The notes under the pieces: generated by a model
Seen by the model: the letters and a program-made list of their open reading frames with translations, nothing else
What the model was told of the DNA's origin: nothing
Database searches by the model: none
Shown here: positions 36,622-48,465 of the stretch, piece after piece
Layout of the letters: every line of letters starts with the position of its first letter
Position numbering within the stretch: position 1 is the first letter of the stretch
Assembly: GCA_963783145.1 (NCBI GenBank)
Contig: CAWAMM010000001.1
Span: 547,347 to 611,346 of the forward strand
From: an uncultured delta proteobacterium
Lineage (GTDB): Bacteria > Desulfobacterota > Binatia > Binatales > Binataceae
Length of the DNA stretch: 64,000 bases
Reading direction: 5' to 3'
Made by a program: the position numbers and the translations under genes

Positions 36622-37251
36622 GTGTCTTTAATGACGGATTTACCTCCACGACGCGGTATTATTTTTATACTTTCCGCTCCTTCCGGGGCGGGTAAGACTA
36701 CCATCTGGCGCGCGGCGCTCGAGCGTATCCCCGAGATTGAGTTCTCGGTTTCCCTGACCACCCGACTGCCGCGCGGCAACGAGATCGACGGTACCGATTA
36801 TCATTTCGTGAGCGAGCATGAATTCATACGCAGGCGCGACGGCGGTGATCTCGCCGAATGGGCGCAGGTTTTCGATGCCAGCTACGGTACCCTCCGCGGC
36901 CCGCTCGACGACGCCATCCAGTCCGGCCGCGACATCCTGCTCGATATCGACATTCAGGGCGCGCGCCAGATTCGCGCAAAATATCTGCATGATTCGGTCG
37001 CGGTCTTCGTCCTGCCGCCCACCTTCGACGAGCTCGCGCAGCGCCTGCGCAAACGCGGCACCGAAACCGAAGCGGCCATCGCGCGCAGGCTCCATCGTTC
37101 GCGCGAGGAGGCGCGTGCCTACTCCGAGTATGATTACCTAATCATCAACGACGACGTTGATGCCTCGGTCGCGCGCTTCAGTTCGGTCGTCAACGCTGAG
37201 CGCGCGCGGGTCTTAAGGCTGCGGGAAGGTTTCGCGCCGTGGAAGAGCTAG
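36622..37251 (+). CDS. gmk: Guanylate kinase
   Basis: A P-loop SAPSGAGKTT and the GMP-binding pattern are present. Confidence 0.9.
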   Translation: MSLMTDLPPRRGIIFILSAPSGAGKTTIWRAALERIPEIEFSVSLTTRLPRGNEIDGTDYHFVSEHEFIRRRDGGDLAEWAQVFDASYGTLRGPLDDAIQSGRDILLDIDIQGARQIRAKYLHDSVAVFVLPPTFDELAQRLRKRGTETEAAIARRLHRSREEARAYSEYDYLIINDDVDASVARFSSVVNAERARVLRLREGFAPWKS

Positions 37252-39455
37252 TCCAAACCACCGAGCCGCAAGGGCTGGACGAGCTCCTCCGGCGCATCGT
37301 CGCGTACAACCCCGATGCCGACCTCGCGCTGATTCGTCGCGCCTATGATTATTCCGCGCGGATGCATGGGGAGCAGAAGCGCGAGTCGGGCGAGCCCTAC
37401 GTGACTCATCCGCTGAACGTCGCGTTGATCGCCACCCAGCTCAAGCTGGATGTCCCCTCGATCGTTACCGCCCTGCTGCATGACGTGGTCGAGGACACCG
37501 CGACCTCGCTTAGCGAGGTGGAAGCGCTGTTCGGCGCCGAAGTCGCGCGCCTGGTTGATGGGGTAACCAAGGTTTCCAAGATCACCTTCTCCAGCCGCGC
37601 GGAAAAGCAGGCGGAGAATTTCCGCAAGATGATCATCGCGATGGCGCAGGACATCCGGGTCGTCATGATCAAGCTGGCGGACCGCCTCCACAACATGCGC
37701 ACCCTGGGTCCGCTCGCGCCCGAACGGCAGATGGAGATTTCGCGCGAGACGCTGGAAATTTACGCGCCCATCGCGCATCGCCTTGGCATCTATTGGATGA
37801 AGTCGGAGCTCGAGGACAACGCGTTCCGTTACGTCAACCATAGTGCGTATTCGACGCTCAAAACTTTTGTCGCGAGCAAGCGCGTGGAGCGCGAAGACTA
37901 CATCCGCGCGGTGATTCAGATCCTTACCAAGCGGCTGGAAGATTCCGGCGTTATCGCCGAGGTCACCGGACGTCCGAAGCACTTCTATTCGATTCACTCC
38001 AAGATGCAGGAAGAGGCGCTGACCTTCGACGAAATCTACGACCTGGTCGCGTTTCGCATCATCGTCGGCTCGGTGCGCGAATGTTACGAGGCGCTCGGCG
38101 TGGTGCACGCGAACTGGAAGCCGGTGCCGGGCCGCTTCAAGGATTACATCGCGCTGCCCAAGCCGAACATGTACCAGTCGTTGCATACCACCGTGATCGG
38201 TCCTCGCGCGCAGCGCATGGAAGTGCAGATTCGCACCCGCGACATGCATCGGGTGGCCGAGGAAGGGATCGCGGCGCATTGGACCTACAAGCAGGGGGTG
38301 TCGCCCGAACAACGCGACACCGAGCGCTTCGCGTGGCTGCGGCGGCTGGTCGAATGGCAGCAGAATCTGAAGGACCCACAGGAATTCCTCTCCACCGTCC
38401 GTGACGACCTTTTTCCCGAGGAAGTTTTCGTCTTCACGCCCAAGGGCGACGTGCTCGATTTTCCTAAGGGCGCGAGCGTGATCGATTTCGCCTACCGGAT
38501 TCACTCCGGAGTCGGAAATCATCTGGCGGGCGCGCGCATCAACGGACGGATGGTGCCGCTGCGCTACCGCCTGAATTCCGGCGACACGGTCGAGGTCCTC
38601 ACCAACGAGAAGCAGACCCCGGGTAAGGACTGGGCGAATTTCGTCACCACCGCGCGCGCTAAAAGCCGCATTCGGCAGTGGTTCCGCCAGCAGCAATCGG
38701 AGCGTTCGCGCGAGTTGGGCGTGTCCTTGCTGGATCGCGAGCTCGAAGTGGTTAAACTCTCAGTCAATCAGTTGCGTAATGACAAGCGCCTCGACGGCGC
38801 GCTCAAAGAATTTTCTCAGCGCGACGTCGACAGCCTGCTGGCCGCGGTCGGCTACGGCATCATCACTCCCGGTCAGTTGCTGGGAAAAGTGCTGACCCCC
38901 GACGAGCTGAAAATCTATCGCGGCGAGAAATCGCCGGCATCGCCCGGACCGGTAGCCGCCGAGCGCGCGGCCAAGGAAGCACGCCGCGCCGCCAGCGGAG
39001 CGGTGGTGGTGTCGGGAATCGGCGACATGATGGTGCGCTTCGCGCTATGTTGTAATCCGTTGCCGGGCGAAGCAATCACCGGCTTCATCACACGCGGCCG
39101 GGGTGTCACCGTGCACCTCGCAGGATGCCCCCATGCGCTGCTCTCCGATCCGCAACGGCGCGTCCCGGTAGTATGGAAGGACGATGAGGCGACTCCGCGC
39201 CCCATCCGCCTTGAAGTGCTCTGCGCTGATCAGCCGGGCCTGCTGGCCGCGATGTCGAAGGCGATTGCGACCGTGGGCGTGAACATCACCACTGCGGAAG
39301 TGAAGACCAACGGCAACGATGGGCGCGCGCTATCGATTTTCGAGCTGCTCGTCACCAGTGCGCGGCAGTTGAACACGCTGATGAGCTCGATTGCGGCGAT
39401 CGACGGGGTGATGCGGGTCTCGCGCCTGGGCCAGCAAAACGGCGCCCGCGACTAA
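37239..39455 (+). CDS. rel: Bifunctional (p)ppGpp synthetase/hydrolase Rel/SpoT
   Basis: An HD domain (HPLNVALI..LHDVVEDT), a synthetase domain and TGS/ACT C-terminal regions are present. No rpoZ lies between gmk and rel. Confidence 0.9.
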   Translation: MEELVQTTEPQGLDELLRRIVAYNPDADLALIRRAYDYSARMHGEQKRESGEPYVTHPLNVALIATQLKLDVPSIVTALLHDVVEDTATSLSEVEALFGAEVARLVDGVTKVSKITFSSRAEKQAENFRKMIIAMAQDIRVVMIKLADRLHNMRTLGPLAPERQMEISRETLEIYAPIAHRLGIYWMKSELEDNAFRYVNHSAYSTLKTFVASKRVEREDYIRAVIQILTKRLEDSGVIAEVTGRPKHFYSIHSKMQEEALTFDEIYDLVAFRIIVGSVRECYEALGVVHANWKPVPGRFKDYIALPKPNMYQSLHTTVIGPRAQRMEVQIRTRDMHRVAEEGIAAHWTYKQGVSPEQRDTERFAWLRRLVEWQQNLKDPQEFLSTVRDDLFPEEVFVFTPKGDVLDFPKGASVIDFAYRIHSGVGNHLAGARINGRMVPLRYRLNSGDTVEVLTNEKQTPGKDWANFVTTARAKSRIRQWFRQQQSERSRELGVSLLDRELEVVKLSVNQLRNDKRLDGALKEFSQRDVDSLLAAVGYGIITPGQLLGKVLTPDELKIYRGEKSPASPGPVAAERAAKEARRAASGAVVVSGIGDMMVRFALCCNPLPGEAITGFITRGRGVTVHLAGCPHALLSDPQRRVPVVWKDDEATPRPIRLEVLCADQPGLLAAMSKAIATVGVNITTAEVKTNGNDGRALSIFELLVTSARQLNTLMSSIAAIDGVMRVSRLGQQNGARD

Positions 39456-39491
39456 ACTACGATCCAAGATTGCATCAGCAAATATGTCCGC

Positions 39492-39869
39492 ATGAAAAAA
39501 GTTATCGAGACCAGAGGTGCGCCGGCTGCGATCGGTCCCTATTCGCAGGCGATTGATACCGGCGACACGGTTTTTCTGTCGGGCCAGATTGGCCTCGACC
39601 CGGCCAAAGGAGCGTTGGTCCACGGCGGCATCGAGCACGAGACCCGCCAGGTGATGGATAACATTCGTGAGGTGCTGCACGCGGCCGGTCTTGGCTTTGG
39701 CGATATCGTGAAGACCACGATTTTTCTGATCAGCCTCGCCGATTTCGAAATCGTCAACGGAATTTACGGCGAACATTTCGCCGAAGGATTTCCCGCCCGA
39801 TCGACGGTCCAGGTTGCGGCGCTGCCGCGTGGCGCGAGGGTCGAGATCGAGGTCATCGCGAAGCGTTAA
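39492..39869 (+). CDS. ridA: RidA-family reactive-intermediate deaminase
   Basis: The 125-aa product shows the YjgF/chorismate-mutase-like pattern (APAAIGPYSQA...). Confidence 0.85.
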   Translation: MKKVIETRGAPAAIGPYSQAIDTGDTVFLSGQIGLDPAKGALVHGGIEHETRQVMDNIREVLHAAGLGFGDIVKTTIFLISLADFEIVNGIYGEHFAEGFPARSTVQVAALPRGARVEIEVIAKR

Positions 39870-39933
39870 GAAGGCTCCCGTTCCTTGTTCCCTCTCCTGG
39901 AGGGAGAGGGTGGCGCTACTGCGCCGGGTGAGG

Positions 39934-40662
39934 TCAGATCGCGGTCATGATTTTGAGCGCGGCGTCATCGAGATAGCGCTTCTTTGGATCGAGCTTGCGA
40001 ATCGAATTCGCCAGGCGCTTGAGATTGCGCTTGCGTTGGAACCGCGAGACCTCGCGCGAGGAAATTTTCGCCTTGTCAAAGTCGAGAATCACCACCGTGA
40101 ATCCGTCACCCGCCATCGAAACATACAAATTGTTCAGGTTGAGATCGTCGTGAAACACCCCTTGCTGGTGCATCGTGTCGATTGAATAGCGCGCCATTCT
40201 GACTACGTGGCTGAAGCTGCGCGGATCGGTCTCGACCTTGACGAATTCCCACATCGTCATCCCCGGAATCGCCTTGGTGATGACGGCGCCCTTGTAAACC
40301 GCGGGACCGACTTTCTCGACGATCGCTCCCATCGGCTCGGGAACCGAGACGCCCCGTTTGCGCGCCTCGGAAATGATGTTGAGTTCGTAAACCATCCGCG
40401 GCACGAACCCGACATAGCGGTCGCCGAGGAAGCGCATCATGCCGCCGCGCATCGAACGCCGCACGAACAACCGCGGCGCGCCATCGATGTTGATGGGGTA
40501 GCCGCTTTCGCGGTTGCCCGCGCCCCGGTGGCCGGAACGCAACGTGCGATCGATTTCCAGCAGCACTTGAGGCGCGAAGGGAGCGATTTCGCGATGCAGA
40601 TAAGCGACCTTGCGACCGACCTGGCTCTTGATGAAATCCGGTCCGGGAGCGTGCTTAAGCAT
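39934..40662 (-). CDS. kdkA: 3-deoxy-D-manno-octulosonic acid (Kdo) kinase
   Basis: The catalytic-loop HDDLNLNNLYV and ILDFDKA motifs are present. The start is set at the ATG at 40662, because the longer ORF would overlap the upstream gene by about 280 nt. Confidence 0.65.
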   Translation of the reverse strand: MLKHAPGPDFIKSQVGRKVAYLHREIAPFAPQVLLEIDRTLRSGHRGAGNRESGYPINIDGAPRLFVRRSMRGGMMRFLGDRYVGFVPRMVYELNIISEARKRGVSVPEPMGAIVEKVGPAVYKGAVITKAIPGMTMWEFVKVETDPRSFSHVVRMARYSIDTMHQQGVFHDDLNLNNLYVSMAGDGFTVVILDFDKAKISSREVSRFQRKRNLKRLANSIRKLDPKKRYLDDAALKIMTAI

Positions 40663-40673
40663 CACGCTAATGT

Positions 40674-41909
40674 TTACCGTACACGATGATCTAAGTCTGC
40701 ATTCGATGAGCCTTGCCACCATAGCGCTGCCGTCGCGATCGCCGCCAGCAATAGTATCGAGGACAGGAAATGCGCCGAAAAGAACAGTGCGTAGTGATTC
40801 GGCCGCGTCCCCGGAATCCAATTCAAAATCACCGAGACTGCCACCAGGGCCAACGCTAGCGTCGGTGTGGGCGAGCCGGGCGGCCTCTTTACCCACAGCA
40901 CGAAGATCAGCAGGAAGTACGGGACGAGCAGCGCCACGTAGTAGCTTTTCCATGAGATCGGAACCAGCGACGGCATGATGCAGAACAACCCCGCGAGTGG
41001 AAATCGATGTGCGAGCAAACCGCCTTGCGGCTGCGGATCGGAGGCGCGAAAGAACCAGATCACAACCGCGGCGACCAGCGCCAGCTCAATCGCGGTACCG
41101 ATGTAGAGCGCCGCATGCGACGCGGGAGCCCCGGCGCTCGCACCGATGCTCATCAGGCGCGCCACCGCGGAGGTCGCGGACTGGTTGGTGAGCATCGTGG
41201 TATAGCGATCGGTCATCGAGCCGACGACCTGCAAATACGCGAGCGTTTGCGCGAGCGCGCCGCGCGGACCGAATACCAAGATCGGCGCCAGCATCAGCAG
41301 CAATCCGAATCCGATCGAAAAAACCATCGGACGCCATTTTCCTTCCAGCAGGAGAAACAGGGCGGCGAGGCCGGCGAACGGCTTGATCAGAATCGCGAGC
41401 GCGAGCATCGCGCCCGCGGCGATGGCGCGGTCCTCTTCGGCGAGCACGATGGCCCATATTGTCAGCGCGACGGTCGGCAGATTTATCTGGCCATGTTCGA
41501 TGTTGTTATCGATGAAGCGCGCGCAGACGATAACCGGGAGCACTATCAGTAACGGGGTCAAACGATGCGCGCGGCCAAACAGCATTCGCGCCGCGCCGGG
41601 GATCAACGCAATTAGCGAAATTCCACTGATCAAAAAAAATGCGAATTGCGCGGCTTGCAGCGGAAGCGCCGCGAAGGGTGCGAACGCGATCGCGATGATT
41701 GGTGCATAGAGGAAGTGGCTCGATTCATCGAGGCGGTAAATCGCCTCGCCACTCAGAACGCGCGCACCTGCGCGATAGTAGACGTTGAAGTCACCCTGCG
41801 CGCGAAGCACCGCCGCGATGCCGAGGGCGACCGCATACACACCGATCGCGATCCAGGCGAGCTGGACGAGGCGATCCGCCCGCCGCGCGTCGGCGCGCGC
41901 ACGGCTCAC
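40674..41909 (-). CDS. DUF2029 / GT87-like polytopic membrane glycosyltransferase
   Basis: The protein has about 10 TM segments and the architecture of polyprenol-phosphate-sugar-dependent (GT-C) transferases. Its GTG start overlaps the upstream stop as GTGA. Confidence 0.55.
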   Translation of the reverse strand: MSRARADARRADRLVQLAWIAIGVYAVALGIAAVLRAQGDFNVYYRAGARVLSGEAIYRLDESSHFLYAPIIAIAFAPFAALPLQAAQFAFFLISGISLIALIPGAARMLFGRAHRLTPLLIVLPVIVCARFIDNNIEHGQINLPTVALTIWAIVLAEEDRAIAAGAMLALAILIKPFAGLAALFLLLEGKWRPMVFSIGFGLLLMLAPILVFGPRGALAQTLAYLQVVGSMTDRYTTMLTNQSATSAVARLMSIGASAGAPASHAALYIGTAIELALVAAVVIWFFRASDPQPQGGLLAHRFPLAGLFCIMPSLVPISWKSYYVALLVPYFLLIFVLWVKRPPGSPTPTLALALVAVSVILNWIPGTRPNHYALFFSAHFLSSILLLAAIATAALWWQGSSNADLDHRVR

Positions 41910-42076
41910 GTAAGCGGCTTGGCTTCGTCGATCAGCATCACCGGAATATCCTCGCGGATCGGATAAACCAGTTTGCATGCCTGGCATACGAGGCCGTCCT
42001 GCTTCTCGGTGATTTGCAGTTCGCCCTTGCACTTCGGGCAGGCAAGAATATCGAGCAACTCCTGGCTGATGGCCAT
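41906..42076 (-). CDS. Trm112-family (YcaR-like) small zinc-ribbon protein
   Basis: Hand-translated 56 aa: MAISQELLDILACPKCKGELQITEKQDGLVCQACKLVYPIREDIPVMLIDEAKPLT. At under 60 aa it is below the ORF-track cut-off. It sits downstream of lpxK, as ycaR does in E. coli. Confidence 0.7.
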   Translation of the reverse strand: MAISQELLDILACPKCKGELQITEKQDGLVCQACKLVYPIREDIPVMLIDEAKPLT

Positions 42077-42094
42077 CGAAAAACCTCCTGAGAT

Positions 42095-43225
42095 TTAGCG
42101 CGCGGCGGCGACGCTGGATGGGGTCGCGCCGCCAATCACGATTTCATCGAGCCGCGCCGCGTCCTCGGCGCTCATCACAACTTCCAGTCGCAGAGCGTAT
42201 AGAGAATCCCGCGCGAACGGAAATCTTTCCAGTTTTACCAGGTCCTTCTCGGTCGTGATCACGATGTCCGAGTTGGTCGCGGCTTTGACGATCGTCTGCC
42301 AGTCCGACGAATTGTAGGCGTGATGGTCCGGATATTCGAGCACGCCGACCAGATCGGTATCGATTTCACGGAGCATCGCGTAGAAGCCGCTCGGATCGGC
42401 CAGACCGCTCACCGCGAGCGCGCGCCGCCCGGCCATCGCGATCGGCACCTCGCGCCGGTTGCCCTGCTCATTGTGCACCAAGGCCTTGGGGCGCAAGGTC
42501 GCATGCAGCGTGGTGATCTGCGCGATGGTGTCCATCTGGCGCGCGGTGATCGCGCTGGCCCGGTCGGGAATTCCACTCGACATGATGATGGCGGCGTGCG
42601 CACGGCGAATCGCGCGCAGCGGCTCGCGCATCGGTCCGGCGGGAAGCTGATGGCCATTGCCGAAGCCGCGCTCGCGGCTGATCAGCACCAGGTCGACGTC
42701 GCGCACCAACGCGCGATGTTGAAAGGCGTCGTCGAGAATGATCACGTCGGGATGCGCGATTTCGCTGACGAGGCGAATTCCATCGATGCGGCGGCGCGCG
42801 ACGGCGATGGGTCCTCGAAACGACTTCGCCATCATCATCGGTTCGTCGCCGGCCGCTTCGGCTGAAAGTTTGATGGCGGCGCCGTCGGAAACCAGCGCGG
42901 CGGGCGCTCCATCCTCGCCGCTGCGGCCAAAGCCGCGGCTCACAATCGCGACCGACATTCCTCGCGTCTGGAGCCGCGTCGCGAGAAACAAGGTGAACGG
43001 AGTTTTCCCGTTACCGCCGACGGTCAGGTTGCCGATGCTCACTGTTCTGATCGGTACGCGTTGTTTGGCGAAGTGCCAGAAGGCGTTGCGCAGGTTTCGA
43101 CCGGCGCGATAAAGCAGTGAAGCGGGCAGCAGCGCCGCCACCATCGCGCGTTGCCGCCCGCCCAACTTGCCGAACCAGAGTTCTTCGATGCGCGGCCGGC
43201 GATAGATGGTGTTGCGACCCGCCAT
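42095..43225 (-). CDS. lpxK: Tetraacyldisaccharide 4'-kinase
   Basis: A Walker A-like motif GNLTVGGNGKTP is present. TAATG links its start to the waaA stop codon. Confidence 0.85.
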   Translation of the reverse strand: MAGRNTIYRRPRIEELWFGKLGGRQRAMVAALLPASLLYRAGRNLRNAFWHFAKQRVPIRTVSIGNLTVGGNGKTPFTLFLATRLQTRGMSVAIVSRGFGRSGEDGAPAALVSDGAAIKLSAEAAGDEPMMMAKSFRGPIAVARRRIDGIRLVSEIAHPDVIILDDAFQHRALVRDVDLVLISRERGFGNGHQLPAGPMREPLRAIRRAHAAIIMSSGIPDRASAITARQMDTIAQITTLHATLRPKALVHNEQGNRREVPIAMAGRRALAVSGLADPSGFYAMLREIDTDLVGVLEYPDHHAYNSSDWQTIVKAATNSDIVITTEKDLVKLERFPFARDSLYALRLEVVMSAEDAARLDEIVIGGATPSSVAAAR

Positions 43226-44484
43226 TATCTCGCGAGCGTAATCAGGGTGCGCAGGTGCATCAACGAGGTGCTCACTCCGCCGCTTAGTTGCAGGATGCAT
43301 TCGCGGGCGGCGCGGCCTGCCGCGCGGCGCGCCGCGTCATTGGCGAGCCATTTCGCGGCGCCGCGAACGATCTCCTCGGCATTGTTGACCACCCGCGCGC
43401 CCCCTGCCGCGATCAACGCGGACGCGGTTTCCTGTTGATTCTCGTAATAGGGGCCGAACATCACCGGCACGCTGACGGATGCGGGTTCGGCGGGATTTTG
43501 TCCGCCCCGAACTTCGTTGAGGGTGCCGCCGACGAATGCGACGGTGGCGCGGCGATAGAGCGGGCGCAGCTCGCCCATCGTGTCGAGGATCATCACCTCC
43601 GCGTCGGCGTCGAGGCGCGCGGCGCTCGCGCGCACATACTTGAGCGCGCGCTCGCTCACGAGCTTTTCCACTTCGGGCACGCGCACCAGATGGCGCGGCG
43701 CGATAGTCAGCGCGAGCGCGGGAAATTCCTTGCGCAACTCCAGATAGGCGTTGAGTATGATTTCCTCCTCGCCCGCAGAGGTCGAGCCTGCGATGAAGAT
43801 AGGGCGCTCGCCGGCGAATTCCTGCAGCTCGCGGCGCAGCGGCATCTCCGCCGCCGCATCGGGATCGAACTTGGTGTTGCCGGTGACGACGATACGGCTT
43901 CGATCGACACCCATCGCGGCGAAGCGATCCACGTCGTGCGCGGTCTGCGCCATGATGAGGTCGGCGCATTGGATCGCGCGCCTGAACAGTTTTCCGAGGC
44001 GCTGGTAGCGCGCCAGGGAGCGCTCGGAAATTCTTCCATTGATGATCGCGACCTTGGCGCCGAACTTTTTCGCTTCCCAAAAATAGTTCGGCCACAATTC
44101 GGTCTCGGCAATCAGCACCAGCTCCGGGCGCACCCGGCGCAGAAACGCGCGCACCGCCGAAGGATTGTCGAGCGGCGCGAGCAGATGCGCGGCGGCTTTC
44201 GGAATGCGCCGGCGAGCGACGTCGCGCCCCGCGGTGGTCATTGCGGTGATGACGGCGGTCGCGGCCGGAGCATCGTGCATCAGGCGCATCATCACGCTGT
44301 GGATGGCTTCGATCTCGCCGACCGAGGAGGCATGCGCCCAGATTCGCAGCCCGCTCGATTCGGATCGGGGCGCGGCGATCCCCAGGCGCTCGCGCGCGCC
44401 TTGCGCGTCGGCGCCGTTGGAGGCGAGCAGCGCGAACGGCAGCGCCGGATACCAGAGCAAATTGTAAAGCGCGTGAAGCATCAC
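43225..44484 (-). CDS. waaA: 3-deoxy-D-manno-octulosonic acid transferase
   Basis: The 419-aa product has the KdtA GT30 pattern (RIWAHASSVGE...). Confidence 0.85.
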   Translation of the reverse strand: MMLHALYNLLWYPALPFALLASNGADAQGARERLGIAAPRSESSGLRIWAHASSVGEIEAIHSVMMRLMHDAPAATAVITAMTTAGRDVARRRIPKAAAHLLAPLDNPSAVRAFLRRVRPELVLIAETELWPNYFWEAKKFGAKVAIINGRISERSLARYQRLGKLFRRAIQCADLIMAQTAHDVDRFAAMGVDRSRIVVTGNTKFDPDAAAEMPLRRELQEFAGERPIFIAGSTSAGEEEIILNAYLELRKEFPALALTIAPRHLVRVPEVEKLVSERALKYVRASAARLDADAEVMILDTMGELRPLYRRATVAFVGGTLNEVRGGQNPAEPASVSVPVMFGPYYENQQETASALIAAGGARVVNNAEEIVRGAAKWLANDAARRAAGRAARECILQLSGGVSTSLMHLRTLITLAR

Positions 44485-44530
44485 CTGAGGACCAATCTAT
44501 GTGCGCGCCGGCGCGGCCGCCAATAGTCAG

Positions 44531-46305
<1,775 letters not shown>

Positions 46306-46309
<4 letters not shown>

Positions 46310-47478
46310 GACATCATCGACAGCGCGAGGGCGGCGACCCGCGCGGCCGCTCCCGGAGCGCCCAGGCGGCCCCGCAGCGAGTTGAGCTTCGCGATGGTCT
46401 GGTTGCGAATCGAGTGGTGGAGCATCGGTTCGGCGGCGCGCACCAGGTTGCGCGCGGTCAGCTCACCCTGGATAAGCTCGGGGACGATTTTCTCTCCAGC
46501 CAGTATGTTCGGCATGCCGATGAAGTTGACCCCGGTAATGAGCATCCGTCCCAGTATGTAGGTCAGAGGCGACACTTTGTAGGCAATCACCATCGGGCAA
46601 CCGAGCAGGGCGGTCTCCAGCGTCGCGGTGCCCGAGGCCACCAGCGCGACCTCGCTGGCGGCAATGATACTATACGTATCGCCCTGGATAATACGTATCC
46701 CCGCGAGGTCGATTTTCGACTGCTCGGCGAGCTGCTCGGGGGTCAGCGTCGGCGCCAGCGCGATTACCGGAATGAGACCATGGTCGTGGGCGATGATGCG
46801 CGCGGCCTCCACCATCGGGGGCAGGATGTAGCGCACCTCGGCACGCCGGCTGCCCGGGAGCAGCGCCAGCAGCCTGGAATATTTGGGCAGGCCGTGACGC
46901 GCTAGGGTTTCGTCACGGCCTTGCGCGGGCACGACCCGATCGAGCAGGGGATGGCCGACGAAGCTCACGCGATCACCCGCCAATCCGTAGAGTTCCTTTT
47001 CAAATGGTAGTACGACCGCCAGACGGCTCGAGCGCTCGACGATTTTCCTGATACGGCCGCGCCGCCACGCCCACACCTGCGGCGTGATGTAGTAGAGCAC
47101 CGGCACCCCGGCGCGTTTGGCGATACCGGCCAGCACCAGGTTGAACTCGGCATAGTCAATCAGGATCAGCAGATCGGGTTTGTCGGTGCGCAGGACGCGG
47201 CGCAGATCGCGCATCGTCGCGAGCGACAGCCCGATGGTCGAGATCAACTCGGTCAGTCCCAGACCGTGGATGTCCTCGATACGGACGTTGGCGTGGACGC
47301 CCGCCGCGCGCATCTGCGCGCCCGCGATTCCAAAGAGCTCGCAGCTCGGATCGAGCGCGAGGATCTGCCGTGCAAGGTCGCCGCCATGCAGATCGCCCGA
47401 GGCCTCGCCCGCGACGATCATGATGCGTCGCGGGCGTCGCGGCTGCTCGCTTACGATGGCGCTGGAGTTCGCCGACAT
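46306..47478 (-). CDS. lpxB: Lipid-A-disaccharide synthase
   Basis: IMIVAGEASGDLHG is the LpxB N-terminus, and the GT19 fold pattern follows. Confidence 0.9.
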
Positions 47479-47482
47479 GGTT

Positions 47483-47866
47483 CTAGCGCGCGCCTTTTAC
47501 CGTAAAGCTGTACGCGCCCAGGGTGTGGTCGCCATCTTTCGACAGCGCGCGCCATTTCACAAAATATTGGCCGGGCCCAAGCAGCTTGAGCGGCACCGTG
47601 ATGGTGCGGTCATCCGGACTCGCGGCGCCTTCTCCAGATACGATCGCGCCGCTTGTACTCAACACGTGAATGGCGGTGCCTGCCGGATTGAATGGATTAT
47701 CGAAGTGCACGATGACTTGCGGTGGCGAGGAGAGCAACGCGCTGCCCGCCGACGGCGTGGTTTGATCGGGAAAGCAATGCGCGAGCGCGGCCGCCGGGTA
47801 CATCATCAAACCCGAAAGAGTGAGCGCGACGCTCAACGCGAGTTGGGTCCATCGAGCCATTTTCAA
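47483..47866 (-). CDS. copC: CopC-domain periplasmic copper-binding protein
   Basis: After the signal peptide, the mature N-terminus is His-led (ALA-HCFPD) and a beta-sandwich pattern follows. Confidence 0.7.
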   Translation of the reverse strand: MKMARWTQLALSVALTLSGLMMYPAAALAHCFPDQTTPSAGSALLSSPPQVIVHFDNPFNPAGTAIHVLSTSGAIVSGEGAASPDDRTITVPLKLLGPGQYFVKWRALSKDGDHTLGAYSFTVKGAR

Positions 47867-48465
47867 CCATTGGCGAGCGCGCGATTGATGTCGTCGGCCA
47901 ATGTTGATGGCGTCACGCTGATGCCATCGTATTGGCGAATTTGGCGGCCATCGGGGCCGAGCAGGAAACTCGTAGTGACGTGATCGATGGAGCCGTCGGG
48001 CTCGCGCGTGCGCTTGATCAAAAAAACCGCCAGGTAAGCGTCGACCTGCGCCGGCGTGCCGGTCAGAAAAATCCAGTCCGCGCCGTTGGCGCCATGTTCA
48101 TTCGCATACTTGAGGAGCTGCGCGGGATTGTCGTGCTCGGGATCGAGCGTGACCGTTACCAGGCGCACTTTCTTCGCGAGCTCGGGCGTGAGCTTTTTCT
48201 CGACCATCGACATCTTCGAGGTCAGCATCGGACAAGTCCCCGAGCATCCGGTGTAGATGAAGTTGATGAGCACGTACTGGCCCTTGAGCGAACTCAGATT
48301 GATGCTTTGCCCGTTTTGATCGATCAGCGCCAGGTTCGGCAGGCAATCGCTCTTGTTGGCGGCCGGAAACGAACCGGTCTCGTCGTCGCTATGACATCCA
48401 GTGAGCGCCATGATGAACATCAGCGACGCGACGAGCACGAGATTGCGCGCGAGGCGGGCCATCAC
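47863..48465 (-). CDS. SCO1/SenC-family copper chaperone (thioredoxin fold)
   Basis: A lipoprotein-like signal (LTGC) and the CSGTC(x3)...H motif are present. Confidence 0.8.
   Translation of the reverse strand: MMARLARNLVLVASLMFIMALTGCHSDDETGSFPAANKSDCLPNLALIDQNGQSINLSSLKGQYVLINFIYTGCSGTCPMLTSKMSMVEKKLTPELAKKVRLVTVTLDPEHDNPAQLLKYANEHGANGADWIFLTGTPAQVDAYLAVFLIKRTREPDGSIDHVTTSFLLGPDGRQIRQYDGISVTPSTLADDINRALANG

Noticed and set aside
40663-40953. A 97-aa N-terminal extension on kdkA
   Set aside because: It would overlap the 3' end of the upstream DUF2029 gene by about 280 nt. The Kdo-kinase homology begins at the internal ATG (40662).
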